A stretch of DNA of 63,816 nucleotides, filler included, from Octopus bimaculoides (Eukaryota), in NCBI RefSeq assembly GCF_001194135.2. It is 6 parts of 6 records of this genome, joined end to end, with 100 filler letters (N's around TTAATTAATTAA, not from the genome) between each part and the next. Parts side by side here need not be neighbours in the genome. Positions count along the whole stretch, not along the records: positions 1 to 14,697 come from NC_069007.1; 5 more parts are not named here. The stretch is one strand, 5' to 3'. Positions within the stretch are counted from its first letter, which is position 1. Each line of letters starts with the position of its first letter. A program made the translations under genes and the position numbers. Below the pieces are notes generated by a model. The model saw only the letters and a list, made by a program, of their open reading frames with translations, was not told the origin of the DNA and ran no database searches. Shown here in pieces: positions 1 through 14,753 of the stretch.

Positions 1-159
1 TATATATATATGTGAATATATATGTGTATATATATGCATATATATATGCATATATATATATATATGTATATATGTGTATGTGTATCTACGTATATGTGTG
101 TGTGTATGTATGTGTTGGTCTATATATATGTATATAGAATGTATGATTAAAGTGATACT

Positions 160-475
160 CCTTTACTATTTTACATGTTTGAGCCATTTGACTCTGGCCA
201 TGCAGGAGCACCGACTTTAGTCGAGCAAATCGACCCCAGGACGTATTCTTTGTCAAGCGATGCTGGAGGGGGGTGAGGGACAAACACCGACACATAAACA
301 TACACACACATACATATATAAATTTACAAATGTATGACGGGCTTCTTTCAGTTTCCGTCTACCAAATCCACTCACAAGGTTTTGGTCGGCCTGCGGTACC
401 ATGCAGTTGGAATGAACTCGGAACAATGTGGTTGGTAAGCAAGCTACTTACCACACAGCCACTCCTATACGCCTA
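160..475 (-). mobile_element. SINE-A copy (tRNA-derived, CORE-like), internally deleted
   Basis: Reverse complement matches the near-intact copy at 38024-38422 (cttaccacacagccactcct, caaatccactcacaagg, gagcaaatcgaccccagg). The middle segment is missing, joined at ttctTTGTcaagcg. Confidence 0.9.
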
Positions 476-786
476 CTAGTTTTTACTAATTTTTGTTTAA
501 AAATGAAATAAAATTTTTAAATTCATTCATAGGTATAGCAGATTATGATTAAATTTTGAATTTATGTAAGAGGACGTAAACAAATATTTTTATCTCATGA
601 TGTTTCCCAAACTTTATAATGTGACAACATTATTTAACGTAATTGTATTCGACACAAAATATTTGTTATTATATAGAATGATTTGTAGTTTTAAACTTGT
701 ATATGAATGAGGATATTGGGATTATTTCAGTAGAGCTATAAATTCTGTATTAAGTACCATATCATATATTTCTCTTGTGTGTAAAC

Positions 787-1130
787 AGGCGCAGCAGTGA
801 CTGTGTGGTAAGAAACTTGCTTCCCAACGACATGGTTCCGGGTTAAGTCTCACTGCATGGCACCTTGGGCAAGTGTCTTTACTGTCGACCAAAGACTGGT
901 CAGTGGATATGGTAGATATGGAATATATTTGTGTGTGTGTCTGTGTTTGTCCCACCATCATGGCATGACAACAGATGCTGTTTTGTTTACGTTTCCGTCG
1001 CCTAGCGGTTCGTCGAAAATGTTCGATGGAATAAGTACCAGGCTTACAATGAATAAGTCTTGGGGTCGATTTGTTCGGCAAAAGCCCGTGCTCCAGCGTG
1101 GCCGCAGTCTACTTACTGAAACATATAAAA
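787..1130 (+). mobile_element. SINE-A copy, diverged
   Basis: Head aggcgcagcagtgactgtgtggtaag, ggttccgggttaagtc, core-like tggcaccttgggcaagtgtc, tail ccagcgtggccgcagtc. Confidence 0.9.
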
Positions 1131-1162
1131 CAATAAATCCATATCAGTCGAGTAGTCATGAA

Positions 1163-1612
<450 letters not shown>

Positions 1613-2032
1613 AATAATAATAATAATAATAATAATAAATAGCCTTGATGTCGCACCAGGCAATGGCCCTGATGACTTTGATCTAAACTGTGAGAGAAGT
1701 AAGAAGTCGATTGGAAGGTAAACACGAGAGGAAGTGACAATGAAGTTTAGGGGAGCAGTTAGAGCATAAGAGCAGAGGAGAAGAACGAGGTCACCGTGAT
1801 CAGAATGGATCATCGATTGAACGCGATGGCATCTAGAATTTGTTTACTGCGAGAGAAAGGGAATAGTTTAGACAGATGTTGAGGAATATAATAAACAAAA
1901 ATAACACTAAATAGAGATACATACATATTGGAAATGACGCGCAGCAAAGAACGTACTCACACAATCACTACTAGGCAAATATATGCATACACCAAAACAA
2001 ATATTTACACGTTCTACCATTCTTTCTCTATG

Positions 2033-2070
<38 letters not shown>

Positions 2071-2071
<1 letters not shown>

Positions 2072-2317
2072 TCTTTTACTCTTTTACTTGTTTCAGTCTT
2101 TTGACTGTGGCCATGCTGGAGCACCGCCTTTTTAGTCGAGCAAATCGACCCCAGGACTTATTCTTTAGAAGCCTAGTACTTATTCTATCGATCTCTTTTG
2201 CCGAACCGCTAAGTTACGGGGACATAAACACACCAGCATCGGTTGTCAAGCGATGTTGGGGGGACAAACACACACATACATACAAACATACACACACACA
2301 TACATATACATATACAT
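2071..2317 (-). mobile_element. SINE-A copy, 3' half; remainder in gap
   Basis: ctcttttacttgtttcag, gccatgctggagcaccgcctt and gccgaaccgctaagttacggggac are nearly identical to the reverse complement of 38230-38422. Runs into (CA)n and N. Confidence 0.95.
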
Positions 2318-3704
2318 NNNNNNNNNNNNNNNNNNNNNNNNNNNNNNNNNNNNNNNNNNNNNNNNNNNNNNNNNNNNNNNNNNNNNNNNNNNNNNNNNNN
2401 NNNNNNNNNNNNNNNNNNNNNNNNNNNNNNNNNNNNNNNNNNNNNNNNNNNNNNNNNNNNNNNNNNNNNNNNNNNNNNNNNNNNNNNNNNNNNNNNNNNN
2501 NNNNNNNNNNNNNNNNNNNNNNNNNNNNNNNNNNNNNNNNNNNNNNNNNNNNNNNNNNNNNNNNNNNNNNNNNNNNNNNNNNNNNNNNNNNNNNNNNNNN
2601 NNNNNNNNNNNNNNNNNNNNNNNNNNNNNNNNNNNNNNNNNNNNNNNNNNNNNNNNNNNNNNNNNNNNNNNNNNNNNNNNNNNNNNNNNNNNNNNNNNNN
2701 NNNNNNNNNNNNNNNNNNNNNNNNNNNNNNNNNNNNNNNNNNNNNNNNNNNNNNNNNNNNNNNNNNNNNNNNNNNNNNNNNNNNNNNNNNNNNNNNNNNN
2801 NNNNNNNNNNNNNNNNNNNNNNNNNNNNNNNNNNNNNNNNNNNNNNNNNNNNNNNNNNNNNNNNNNNNNNNNNNNNNNNNNNNNNNNNNNNNNNNNNNNN
2901 NNNNNNNNNNNNNNNNNNNNNNNNNNNNNNNNNNNNNNNNNNNNNNNNNNNNNNNNNNNNNNNNNNNNNNNNNNNNNNNNNNNNNNNNNNNNNNNNNNNN
3001 NNNNNNNNNNNNNNNNNNNNNNNNNNNNNNNNNNNNNNNNNNNNNNNNNNNNNNNNNNNNNNNNNNNNNNNNNNNNNNNNNNNNNNNNNNNNNNNNNNNN
3101 NNNNNNNNNNNNNNNNNNNNNNNNNNNNNNNNNNNNNNNNNNATATATATATATATATATATATATAGTTATATTTACATTTATATATATGGTGGCATAT
3201 GTGTACGCATGCATAAAAATTACGATCGTTGAGATAACGCAAAACCATGTATAATCTATTACAATGCCAATGTATTCATGGATTTGCATTACGCTTACAG
3301 TTATGAATGCATATATATTCGAAACACATTTTTCAGAAATTCGCTTCATATACATACATGCGCAAGACAAGCACGCGCTCACACGCGCACGCTTACACAA
3401 GGAATTACTCTGACATATACATGCTTGTGAATGTATATATATGATTACATATACACATACAGATACATATATGATTTTAAGCTTACATACATATATACAT
3501 GTGCAAACCCATCGAGATATGTAAGTGTATTTATATATATGGTCATACACAAGCTCATTTATACTCATATCTATACATGTTCGTGTGTGTGCGTGTGTAT
3601 ATATATATATGTGTGTGTTTGTGTTTGCACACGCGCACGAAAATATGTGTACGTCGAAACATTCATATATCAATGAATATGCATATAAATATATAGGTGT
3701 CATG

Positions 3705-3745
<41 letters not shown>

Positions 3746-3767
3746 ATACATATGATGTATTCCTTCA

Positions 3768-3799
<32 letters not shown>

Positions 3800-4515
3800 N
3801 NNNNNNNNNNNNNNNNNNNNNNNNNNNNNNNNNNNNNNNNNNNNNNNNNNNNNNNNNNNNNNNNNNNNNNNNNNNNNNNNNNNNNNNNNNNNNNNNNNNN
3901 NNNNNNNNNNNNNNNNNNNNNNNNNNNNNNNNNNNNNNNNNNNNNNNNNNNNNNNNNNNNNNNNNNNNNNNNNNNNNNNNNNNNNNNNNNNNNNNNNNNN
4001 NNNNNNNNNNNNNNNNNNNNNNNNNNNNNNNNNNNNNNNNNNNNNNGGAGTTACGTTAAACACTAGAGAATCGCCAGTGCTGGAAGCCACTGCGGAATGT
4101 CTTCAAATATTCTGCCCTCGTCGCATCACCTTAATATAAGTATAAATTATTGCTGCATCTTGGGATTCGATTAGCTGAACTGCTTCAGTATTTTCACTGA
4201 TAATTCAAGTAGTAACTCTGGAATAGATTCCATCGTCTTCAGAATTGATTTCGTAGTTCTGTTGCGTCCAAATTAATATGTGCCATCAAAGCAGTACCCT
4301 AACTTTATCGTGTCGGCGTTAGAATCTCTAATTGATTGATAACAGAATATTCGGCGTAAATAGAATGAACAATGATAAAAGAATTTGACTACGTTGTGGG
4401 TGTCTGATACAGGGAAATGCATGAGAGATTAAAGGTGTCCATATATGTGTTTGTGCGTGTGTGTATGAGCCTCTGTGTTTGTGTATGTGAGTGTGTGTGA
4501 GTGTGTGTGTGTGCG

Positions 4516-4546
<31 letters not shown>

Positions 4547-4552
4547 ATAAAT

Positions 4553-4709
4553 ATATGTTGGTAAGAAGTTTGCTTCCCAAACGCATGGATCTGGTATCTG
4601 TCCCAATGTGAAGAGACACTTTGGGCAAGTGTCCCCTGCTACAGGCACAAAGACTTATAAGTGGATGTGGTAAATGGTAAAAGAAAGAACCCTGACGCGT
4701 GTGTCTGTA
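4553..4709 (+). mobile_element. SINE-A copy, diverged 5' half
   Basis: ggtaagaagtttgcttcccaa, cactttgggcaagtgtc, gtggatgtggtaaatgg. Confidence 0.75.
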
Positions 4710-5277
4710 NNNNNNNNNNNNNNNNNNNNNNNNNNNNNNNNNNNNNNNNNNNNNNNNNNNNNNNNNNNNNNNNNNNNNNNNNNNNNNNNNNNNNNNNNNN
4801 NNNNNNNNNNNNNNNNNNNNNNNNNNNNNNNNNNNNNNNNNNNNNNNNNNNNNNNNNNNNNNNNNNNNNNNNNNNNNNNNNNNNNNNNNNNNNNNNNNNN
4901 NNNNNNNNNNNNNNNNNNNNNNNNNNNNNNNNNNNNNNNNNNNNNNNNNNNNNNNNNNNNNNNNNNNNNNNNNNNNNNNNNNNNNNNNNNNNNNNNNNNN
5001 NNNNNNNNNNNNNNNNNNNNNNNNNNNNNNNNNNNNNNNNNNNNNNNNNNNNNNNNNNNNNNNNNNNNNNNNNNNNNNNNNNNNNNNNNNNNNNNNNNNN
5101 NNNNNNNNNNNNNNNNNNNNNNNNNNNNNNNNNNNNNNNNNNNNNNNNNNNNNNNNNNNNNNNNNNNNNNNNNNNNNNNNNNNNNNNNNNNNNNNNNNNN
5201 NNNNNNNNNNNNNNNNNNNNNNNNNNNNNNNNNNNNNNNNNNNNNNNNNNNNNNNNNNNNNNNNNNNNNNNNNNNNN

Positions 5278-5309
<32 letters not shown>

Positions 5310-5686
5310 TCTTTTCTTGTTTTACTTATTTCAGTAATTTGACTGCAGCCATGCTAGAGCACCGGCTTCGGTCGTGCAAATCAACCTTAAGATTTATTCT
5401 TTGTAGCCTAGTACTTATTCTAAATGTCGCTCTTGCCGAACCACTAAGTTACGGGGACGTAAACACAACAACATAGGTTGTCAAGCGATGGTAGGGACAA
5501 ACAGACAGACATATATACATATATACGACGGCCTTATTTCAGCTTCCGTCTACCAAATCCAATGACAAGGATTTGATCGGTCCGAGGTTATAGTAGAAGT
5601 CACCTGCCCAAGGCACCACGCAGCAGGACGGAACATGGAACCCTGTGGTTGGTAAGTAAGCTACTTACAGAGCCACTCCTGCGCCT
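5310..5686 (-). mobile_element. SINE-A copy, near full length
   Basis: Runs from ttttacttatttcagtaatttgactgcagccatgc to gccactcctgcgcct; colinear with the reverse complement of 38024-38422. Confidence 0.92.
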
Positions 5687-5994
5687 ATAAATATATATAT
5701 AAATTCTCAGGGTATCATATATCCGAAAAAGAAGCACACCTTAAAGCACAGAGTAGCAATATTTATTTAAGTAGTTAAGTCTACGTCCAGTCATAGAGTG
5801 ACCAATGGTTTCTCATTAAAAAAAGCGTTTAGACCCTGTAAAAGTCTCGATTTCATCTTCAGAACCTTACGAGACGCTCACGGGGCTTGGACATTTGTGG
5901 ATGAGAAACCTTTGGTCATTCTATAACTGGACTGAGAATTAGCTACTTGCGTAGCTAGGTCTAAGTGTTCATATATATATATATATATGTAACA

Positions 5995-6125
5995 AAGGAC
6001 GGGCTCATTTCAGTTTATGTTTACCAATTCCACACATAAGTCTTCGGTCAAGCCGTAGCTACAGCAAAGGTGCCACGTAGAGGGTCTGAACCCGGAACCC
6101 CGGAACAATGTGGTACTTACTACAC
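5995..6125 (-). mobile_element. SINE-A fragment, 5' half
   Basis: gacgggctcatttcag, aaggtgccacgtag, ctgaacccggaac, acttactacacag. Confidence 0.75.
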
Positions 6126-6130
6126 AGGTA

Positions 6131-6171
<41 letters not shown>

Positions 6172-7402
6172 NNNNNNNNNNNNNNNNNNNNNNNNNNNNN
6201 NNNNNNNNNNNNNNNNNNNNNNNNNNNNNNNNNNNNNNNNNNNNNNNNNNNNNNNNNNNNNNNNNNNNNNNNNNNNNNNNNNNNNNNNNNNNNNNNNNNN
6301 NNNNNNNNNNNNNNNNNNNNNNNNNNNNNNNNNNNNNNNNNNNNNNNNNNNNNNNNNNNNNNNNNNNNNNNNNNNNNNNNNNNNNNNNNNNNNNNNNNNN
6401 NNNNNNNNNNNNNNNNNNNNNNNNNNNNNNNNNNNNNNNNNNNNNNNNNNNNNNNNNNNNNNNNNNNNNNNNNNNNNNNNNNNNNNNNNNNNNNNNNNNN
6501 NNNNNNNNNNNNNNNNNNNNNNNNNNNNNNNNNNNNNNNNNNNNNNNNNNNNNNNNNNNNNNNNNNNNNNNNNNNNNNNNNNNNNNNNNNNNNNNNNNNN
6601 NNNNNNNNNNNNNNNNNNNNNNNNNNNNNNNNNNNNNNNNNNNNNNNNNNNNNNNNNNNNNNNNNNNNNNNNNNNNNNNNNNNNNNNNNNNNNNNNNNNN
6701 NNNNNNNNNNNNNNNNNNNNNNNNNNNNNNNNNNNNNNNNNNNNNNNNNNNNNNNNNNNNNNNNNNNNNNNNNNNNNNNNNNNNNNNNNNNNNNNNNNNN
6801 NNNNNNNNNNNNNNNNNNNNNNNNNNNNNNNNNNNNNNNNNNNNNNNNNNNNNNNNNNNNNNNNNNNNNNNNNNNNNNNNNNNNNNNNNNNNNNNNNNNN
6901 NNNNNNNNNNNNNNNNNNNNNNNNNNNNNNNNNNNNNNNNNNNNNNNNNNATGACATATATCTTTAAACATACATATAAATCAATATCGTATATATATAT
7001 ACATATATATGTATATATACACACACAGATCACACAGACATATGTATGTATGTATATATATATATATATTACTGTGTGTGTATGAGTGTTTGTGTATGTG
7101 TACGTGTATGTATATGTTTGTCTGAACAAATGCTGCATGTCTAAGCTCATTGATATGCTGGATGCCGAACATCCATGTATATATTATATATTACAGATAC
7201 AAGCGGACATTTATTCTCTGCATATTGCAAGATGTCGTTATTAAAGAAAGCAGCAAAATGCAAATGTATTGTGGCAAATGTTTATTGTAAATCTTTATAA
7301 CCATTTACAGTAAACACTGTTCTAGCCACACACACACAGGCTCACATCTATGTATTCATACATACATGCATACACACACAAACACACACACACACACACT
7401 CA

Positions 7403-7451
<49 letters not shown>

Positions 7452-7459
7452 TCTTCTTT

Positions 7460-7534
7460 CTTCTGCATTCCGTCGGTTACGACGAGGAGGGTCCCAGCTG
7501 ATCCGATCAATGGAACAGCTTGCTTGTAAAATTA
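7460..7534. mobile_element. Fragment of a third dispersed repeat, also at 51525-51720
   Basis: ccgtcggttacgacgaggagggtcccagctgatccg matches ccatcggttatgactacgagtgtcccagttgatccg near 51535. Confidence 0.6.
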
Positions 7535-9299
7535 NNNNNNNNNNNNNNNNNNNNNNNNNNNNNNNNNNNNNNNNNNNNNNNNNNNNNNNNNNNNNNNNNN
7601 NNNNNNNNNNNNNNNNNNNNNNNNNNNNNNNNNNNNNNNNNNNNNNNNNNNNNNNNNNNNNNNNNNNNNNNNNNNNNNNNNNNNNNNNNNNNNNNNNNNN
7701 NNNNNNNNNNNNNNNNNNNNNNNNNNNNNNNNNNNNNNNNNNNNNNNNNNNNNNNNNNNNNNNNNNNNNNNNNNNNNNNNNNNNNNNNNNNNNNNNNNNN
7801 NNNNNNNNNNNNNNNNNNNNNNNNNNNNNNNNNNNNNNNNNNNNNNNNNNNNNNNNNNNNNNNNNNNNNNNNNNNNNNNNNNNNNNNNNNNNNNNNNNNN
7901 NNNNNNNNNNNNNNNNNNNNNNNNNNNNNNNNNNNNNNNNNNNNNNNNNNNNNNNNNNNNNNNNNNNNNNNNNNNNNNNNNNNNNNNNNNNNNNNNNNNN
8001 NNNNNNNNNNNNNNNNNNNNNNNNNNNNNNNNNNNNNNNNNNNNNNNNNNNNNNNNNNNNNNNNNNNNNNNNNNNNNNNNNNNNNNNNNNNNNNNNNNNN
8101 NNNNNNNNNNNNNNNNNNNNNNNNNNNNNNNNNNNNNNNNNNNNNNNNNNNNNNNNNNNNNNNNNNNNNNNNNNNNNNNNNNNNNNNNNNNNNNNNNNNN
8201 NNNNNNNNNNNNNNNNNNNNNNNNNNNNNNNNNNNNNNNNNNNNNNNNNNNNNNNNNNNNNNNNNNNNNNNNNNNNNNNNNNNNNNNNNNNNNNNNNNNN
8301 NNNNNNNNNNNNNNNNNNNNNNNNNNNNNNNNNNNNNNNNNNNNNNNNNNNNNNNNNNNNNNNNNNNNNNNNNNNNNNNNNNNNNNNNNNNNNNNNNNNN
8401 NNNNNNNNNNNNNNNNNNNNNNNNNNNNNNNNNNNNNNNNNNNNNNNNNNNNGTAATCTTTAAATTAAGTCAATCTTTATTTTTGTTTTCGCTGCCCTTC
8501 CCCCATCAGTCTTTTGGTCTCACTATGGTCCCAACCCCACTAGATTAGCACTTAAACAAACCCAAGAAACGCACATGAATGAAAAAAAAAAAAACCTTTA
8601 CCATAACAGACAAGGACAAAAACATATAATGGCGTCGAATTGATAAACAAAAAATTAAGAATAAAATAAAATAAAATAACAAAATTCAAAAAGCAACTTT
8701 CAACTCAGTGACCCAGCATGGCCGCAGTGTGCCTACGGTAGTCACCATAAGATTGAAAACAATAAAATAACTAAAGAATCACGAATAAGAATTCTATATT
8801 GAAAACAGACGCCAATTATGGTAGCAGAAGTTCTTGGAAATGTTTCTTATTTGTCCCAGTTGGCCAGCCATAGACTCCGCGTTGACACGTCACCATTCGC
8901 AGCAAGATGACGATGTTATCGTTTCATATTCTATAATTCGCTATATCTTTATTATTTCTATTAATTTCTTTCATATCGATATAAATATACATATATATAA
9001 GTGTGTGCGTATGTGTGTGTTTGCGTGTATGTGCGCGCGCATATGCGTCTTTCGTTTTATTATTATATTAATTTTATGTTTTGGCATGATAATTAGAATA
9101 CAAAAATGGCAATAGTCTATTCTATATGTCAGAGTATAAGCAGGAACGTGAATGTGTGTGTAAATGTGCGTGTGTGAGCGCGTATAATTGCTAACGCTCA
9201 GACACACACAGACACACGAATATAAATCTATATTATTCATTATCTTGTTCTCTTTCGCATTTTCTCCTTTTGTTCCCATCCCTAAACCGATCCATACAC

Positions 9300-9386
<87 letters not shown>

Positions 9387-9976
9387 CATACATGCAAACG
9401 CATATATGTGTAATTATNNNNNNNNNNATATATATATATATATATATATATACGTATATATATATATAGAAGACGGTACAAATACTGATTTACACCTAAA
9501 CGCACACACACATATGGATATATATGTTTGTCTGTATGTGTGCGTATGACAATATATCTACACCAAAATACATAAACAAAATCACAGACACGTACATACT
9601 TACATACATACATACACACACACACATATATATGTCAGTCAACCTAAGTTGGTTCGTCTGTCTCTGATGTACAGTACAGTCAAGAAATTACGGCGTATGT
9701 AGTCATGAAATGATTGTCAATGAATGGGTGTTAATTGTAGCCGTTAGGGGGCGCCAAGTGCACGGAGATAAAGTCAACTTTTTTGTCGTCACAGATATGC
9801 TTTCTTCCTGCGAATCCTCTAAAGATTCCGTTATTTTTAACATTTTCTCTTGATCGCACTTTTTTATGACTCCTTTANNNNNNNNNNNNNNNNNNNNNNN
9901 NNNNNNNNNNNNNNNNNNNNNNNNNNNNNNNNNNNNNNNNNNNNNNNNNNNNNNNNNNNNNNNNNNNNNNNNNNNN

Positions 9977-10115
9977 NTAATAATAATGATAACAATAATA
10001 ATAATAATAATAATAATAGTAATAATAACAATAATAATAAAGATAATAATAATAGTAATAATAACAATAATAATAATGATAATAATAATAATAATAATAA
10101 TAATANNNNNNNNNN

Positions 10116-10150
<35 letters not shown>

Positions 10151-10477
10151 TTAATAGTAATAATAATCATAATTCCAATAGTAATATTACTAATGATAAT
10201 AATAATAATATTAAACTAACAATAACAATAACAATAATAAAAATTTACAATTAGCAATGATAATAATACTATTAACAATAATAATGATGATGGTAATCAT
10301 ATTAAAAAATTATAGTGGTAAGAATATTAATAATATTAATAATATTAAATCAAACTGTAATAACAATAGTGCTAACAATAACATGAGAATGAGGACTACT
10401 ACGACACAAGCAACAACAATACTAAAATTCATAACAATAATAATAACAATAACAACAACAGTAATAATAATAGTAAC

Positions 10478-10511
<34 letters not shown>

Positions 10512-10523
10512 TGATTATTAATC

Positions 10524-10554
<31 letters not shown>

Positions 10555-10606
10555 CAACAATAATAATGATAATAATAATAATAATGATAATAATGATAAT
10601 AATAAT

Positions 10607-10676
<70 letters not shown>

Positions 10677-10710
10677 GAAATAATTTTAATAATAATAATA
10701 TAAAGAGAAT
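9977..10710. repeat. Long degenerate (AAT/AAC)n block with an internal switch to (ATT)n
   Basis: Direct reading; source of the poly-I, poly-N and poly-L ORFs. Confidence 0.95.
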
Positions 10711-11340
10711 ATCATGGAATAATATGATTATATATGGGGGAAAAAATATAAAAATAATTCGGCGACCATAAATATAGTTAATTGTAGTTTTGTATTATTT
10801 TACTGTGTATTTCTATGTGTTTTACAGAAACAAGAAAACATTTTCTCTTCCACACCCTGCCAAGCAATAACACAAGACACATAGCGACATAAAAATACTA
10901 TTAAAAAACCAATAACAATGCCAAATAGCAAATAATAAATATTTAAATAAAAATAGGAAGTCAATGATATCGGCACACACTCCATGTTGTCAGCCATTAT
11001 GGAGACAATAATGGCATATACATATTCATTTAATTTACATTTTATTGCATGCATATACACACATATATATATATATATACATATATATTTAAATATATAT
11101 ATATATATATATNNNNNNNNNNCCATATATATTTACATGCACACATACAGCCGTATATGTAATACGTGCGTGTGTTTTTAAGTCTGTGTGTATGTGTGTG
11201 TGCGTGTGTGTGCAGCTTTTGTCCTTGTATATGCACCTCTATGAGCCTTTGGGCGTGAGTGTATCTCTGTGTGTGTGTATGTCTGTGTATACATGTATGA
11301 ATGTATTTATGCACGTACTTGTATTAGTATTTAGGCGTAC

Positions 11341-11376
<36 letters not shown>

Positions 11377-11555
11377 ATGAGTGTTTGTGTTAAAACAGTC
11401 ATGCGTGCATATTATCCTTTTCACACTAATTCTGATCACTCCTGCATTTAATTGCGTCTGTAATGTTTTGGAATTCTGTGATTGACAACGATTACAATAA
11501 CAACAAAACAGTATCGATTACAGCAACGACGACCATAATGTAGAACAATACATCT

Positions 11556-11587
<32 letters not shown>

Positions 11588-11654
11588 ACTACAACAGTAA
11601 CAACAACAACAATATGAAGAATGTCATTGCTAATAATGGGGGAGGGGAATAAAA

Positions 11655-11818
11655 GATTACATCGACTCCAGTATTTTACTGGTACTTAGTTTATCGTTCC
11701 TGAAAGGATGAAAGGCAAAGTCGACATCGGCGGAATTTGAACTCAGAACTTAGCGCCGGACGAAATACCGCGAAGCATTTCGTCCTGCATGCTATCGATT
11801 CTGTCAGCACGCTGCCTT
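11655..11818 (-). mobile_element. SINE-B copy (tRNA-derived)
   Basis: gattacatcgactccagt, gaaaggatgaaaggcaaagtcgacatcggcggaatttgaactcagaac and gattctgtcagc match the reverse complement of 46847-47000. Confidence 0.92.
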
Positions 11819-11819
11819 A

Positions 11820-12428
<609 letters not shown>

Positions 12429-12752
12429 ACAGTTGCCTAAAATCAGCCTTGGCAGAATTTGAACTCAGAACGTAAAGACCCCTTCATGGTTTTAAGAAGC
12501 CTAATTTCTCAAGATTTGTATTTAGGCAGTGTGTTACATATCCTAGTATCCCCATAATTACAGGTATAAACCTGAACTTGTAATCTGGATAGAGTAGCTC
12601 TATGTTCCTCAATAGGTATTTTCTGTTCAGCTTATAGTTGGGTTTTTGTCAACATCCGCTGGGCAGCTGATTTCCAAAGCTGTACACAGTTTCTCTTCTC
12701 TATTCCAAAATTACTATGTATGTATGTATGTATATGCGGATGAATGGATGGA

Positions 12753-13035
12753 GGGAGAGAGGAAGAGAGTGAGAGAAGAAGAGAGGGAGAGAGGAAGAGA
12801 GGGAGAGAGGAAGAGAGGGAGAGAGGAAGAGAGGGAGAGAGAGGGATGGCCGTTTCTATGTATGTATAGATTGGTAAGTAGATAGAAAGTCAGACAGATA
12901 AACAGATGGAGAGACAGACAGACATACATAAAGACAGACAGATAGACAAGCAGACAGATAGACAGACAGATAGACAGACAGATAGACAGACAGGCAGAAA
13001 GACAGGCAGACAGACAAACAGAAAGATAGATAGAT

Positions 13036-13092
<57 letters not shown>

Positions 13093-13095
13093 GAA
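12753..13095. repeat. Compound (GA)-rich, (GACA)n and (GATA)n microsatellite
   Basis: Direct reading. Confidence 0.95.
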
Positions 13096-14142
13096 ATAGG
13101 GAATAGGGAAGGCGAGTTAAAATTTGAGCGTATAACAGTGAGGTACATACACAAATAATGGTACACATACTCACATACACACCCTACATATATATGCTCG
13201 TACATACCCACATCTAAATACATGCACACATCCNNNNNNNNNNNNNNNNNNNNNNNNNNNNNNNNNNNNNNNNNNNNNNNNNNNNNNNNNNNNNNNNNNN
13301 NNNNNNNNNNNNNNNNNNNNNNNNNNNNNNNNNNNNNNNNNNNNNNNNNNNNNNNNNNNNNNNNNNNNNNNNNNNNNNNNNNNNNNNNNNNNNNNNNNNN
13401 NNNNNNNNNNNNNNNNNNNNNNNNNNNNNNNNNNNNNNNNNNNNNNNNNNNNNNNNNNNNNNNNNNNNNNNNNNNNNNNNNNNNNNNNNNNNNNNNNNNN
13501 NNNNNNNNNNNNNNNNNNNNNNNNNNNNNNNNNNNNNNNNNNNNNNNNNNNNNNNNNNNNNNNNNNNNNNNNNNNNNNNNNNNNNNNNNNNNNNNNNNNN
13601 NNNNNNNNNNNNNNNNNNNNNNNNNNNNNNNNNNNNNNNNNNNNNNNNNNNNNNNNNNNNNNNNNNNNNNNNNNNNNNNNNNNNNNNNNNNNNNNNNNNN
13701 NNNNNNNNNNNNNNNNNNNNNNNNNNNNNNNNNNNNNNNNNNNNNNNNNNNNNNNNNNNNNNNNNNNNNNNNNNNNNNNNNNNNNNNNNNNNNNNNNNNN
13801 NNNNNNNNNNNNNNNNNNNNNNNNNNNNNNNNNNNNNNNNNNNNNNNNNNNNNNNNNNNNNNNNNNNNNNNNNNNNNNNNNNNNNNNNNNNNNNNNNNNN
13901 NNNNNNNNNNNNNNNNNNNNNNNNNNNNNNNNNNNNNNNNNNNNNNNNNNNNNNNNNNNNNNNNNNNNNNNNNNNNNNNNNNNNNNNNNNNNNNNNNNNN
14001 NNNNNNNNNNNNTTATATTTCACACATTCGTACACATAGCGAAATAATGAGATAACACAGAAAATACACCCATTCGTTCGCTCTATAACATTCAAATATT
14101 TAACCACGCATACACACGTTTAAATGTGTATATATGTGTGTT

Positions 14143-14184
<42 letters not shown>

Positions 14185-14651
14185 TGTATGTATGTATACG
14201 CGTGTATATATAGATATTGCTGTATGTGCGTGTGTCTATGTGTCTCTGTGTGTGTATCTCTGTCTGTGTCTGTGTGTTGTTTGTTTGTTTAGTGTGCCAA
14301 AGCGTGTATTATTTCTTAATAAACTAGCGCGCCTAATACAACAGGCAATTTAGAAATGGCGCCTGCAAAACATTTATGCTTCAACGATTTAATTTGTGCA
14401 GTTAATTATGTATATAGTTTTCAAAGAATGTAACAGACGCACACACACACACAGACACACACACACAAACACACATGCACATGTACACACATATATAGAC
14501 ACACAGTGAATAATAAGGATATATACGTCCTTGTAGTTTTTTGAAATGTGACTATATACACGTAAACAACACAGCACAGATATTAATATATATATGTATA
14601 CACACACATGAATACACACACACGAACAAACACTCACACACACATACATAC

Positions 14652-14697
<46 letters not shown>

Positions 14698-14741
14698 NNN
14701 NNNNNNNNNNNNNNNNNNNNNNNNNNNNNNNNNNNNNNNNN

Positions 14742-14753
14742 TTAATTAATTAA
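14742..14753. other. Synthetic six-frame stop linker TTAATTAATTAA inside a 100-bp gap (assembly artefact)
   Basis: About 44 N + TTAATTAATTAA + 44 N; the same construct recurs four more times. Confidence 0.93.
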
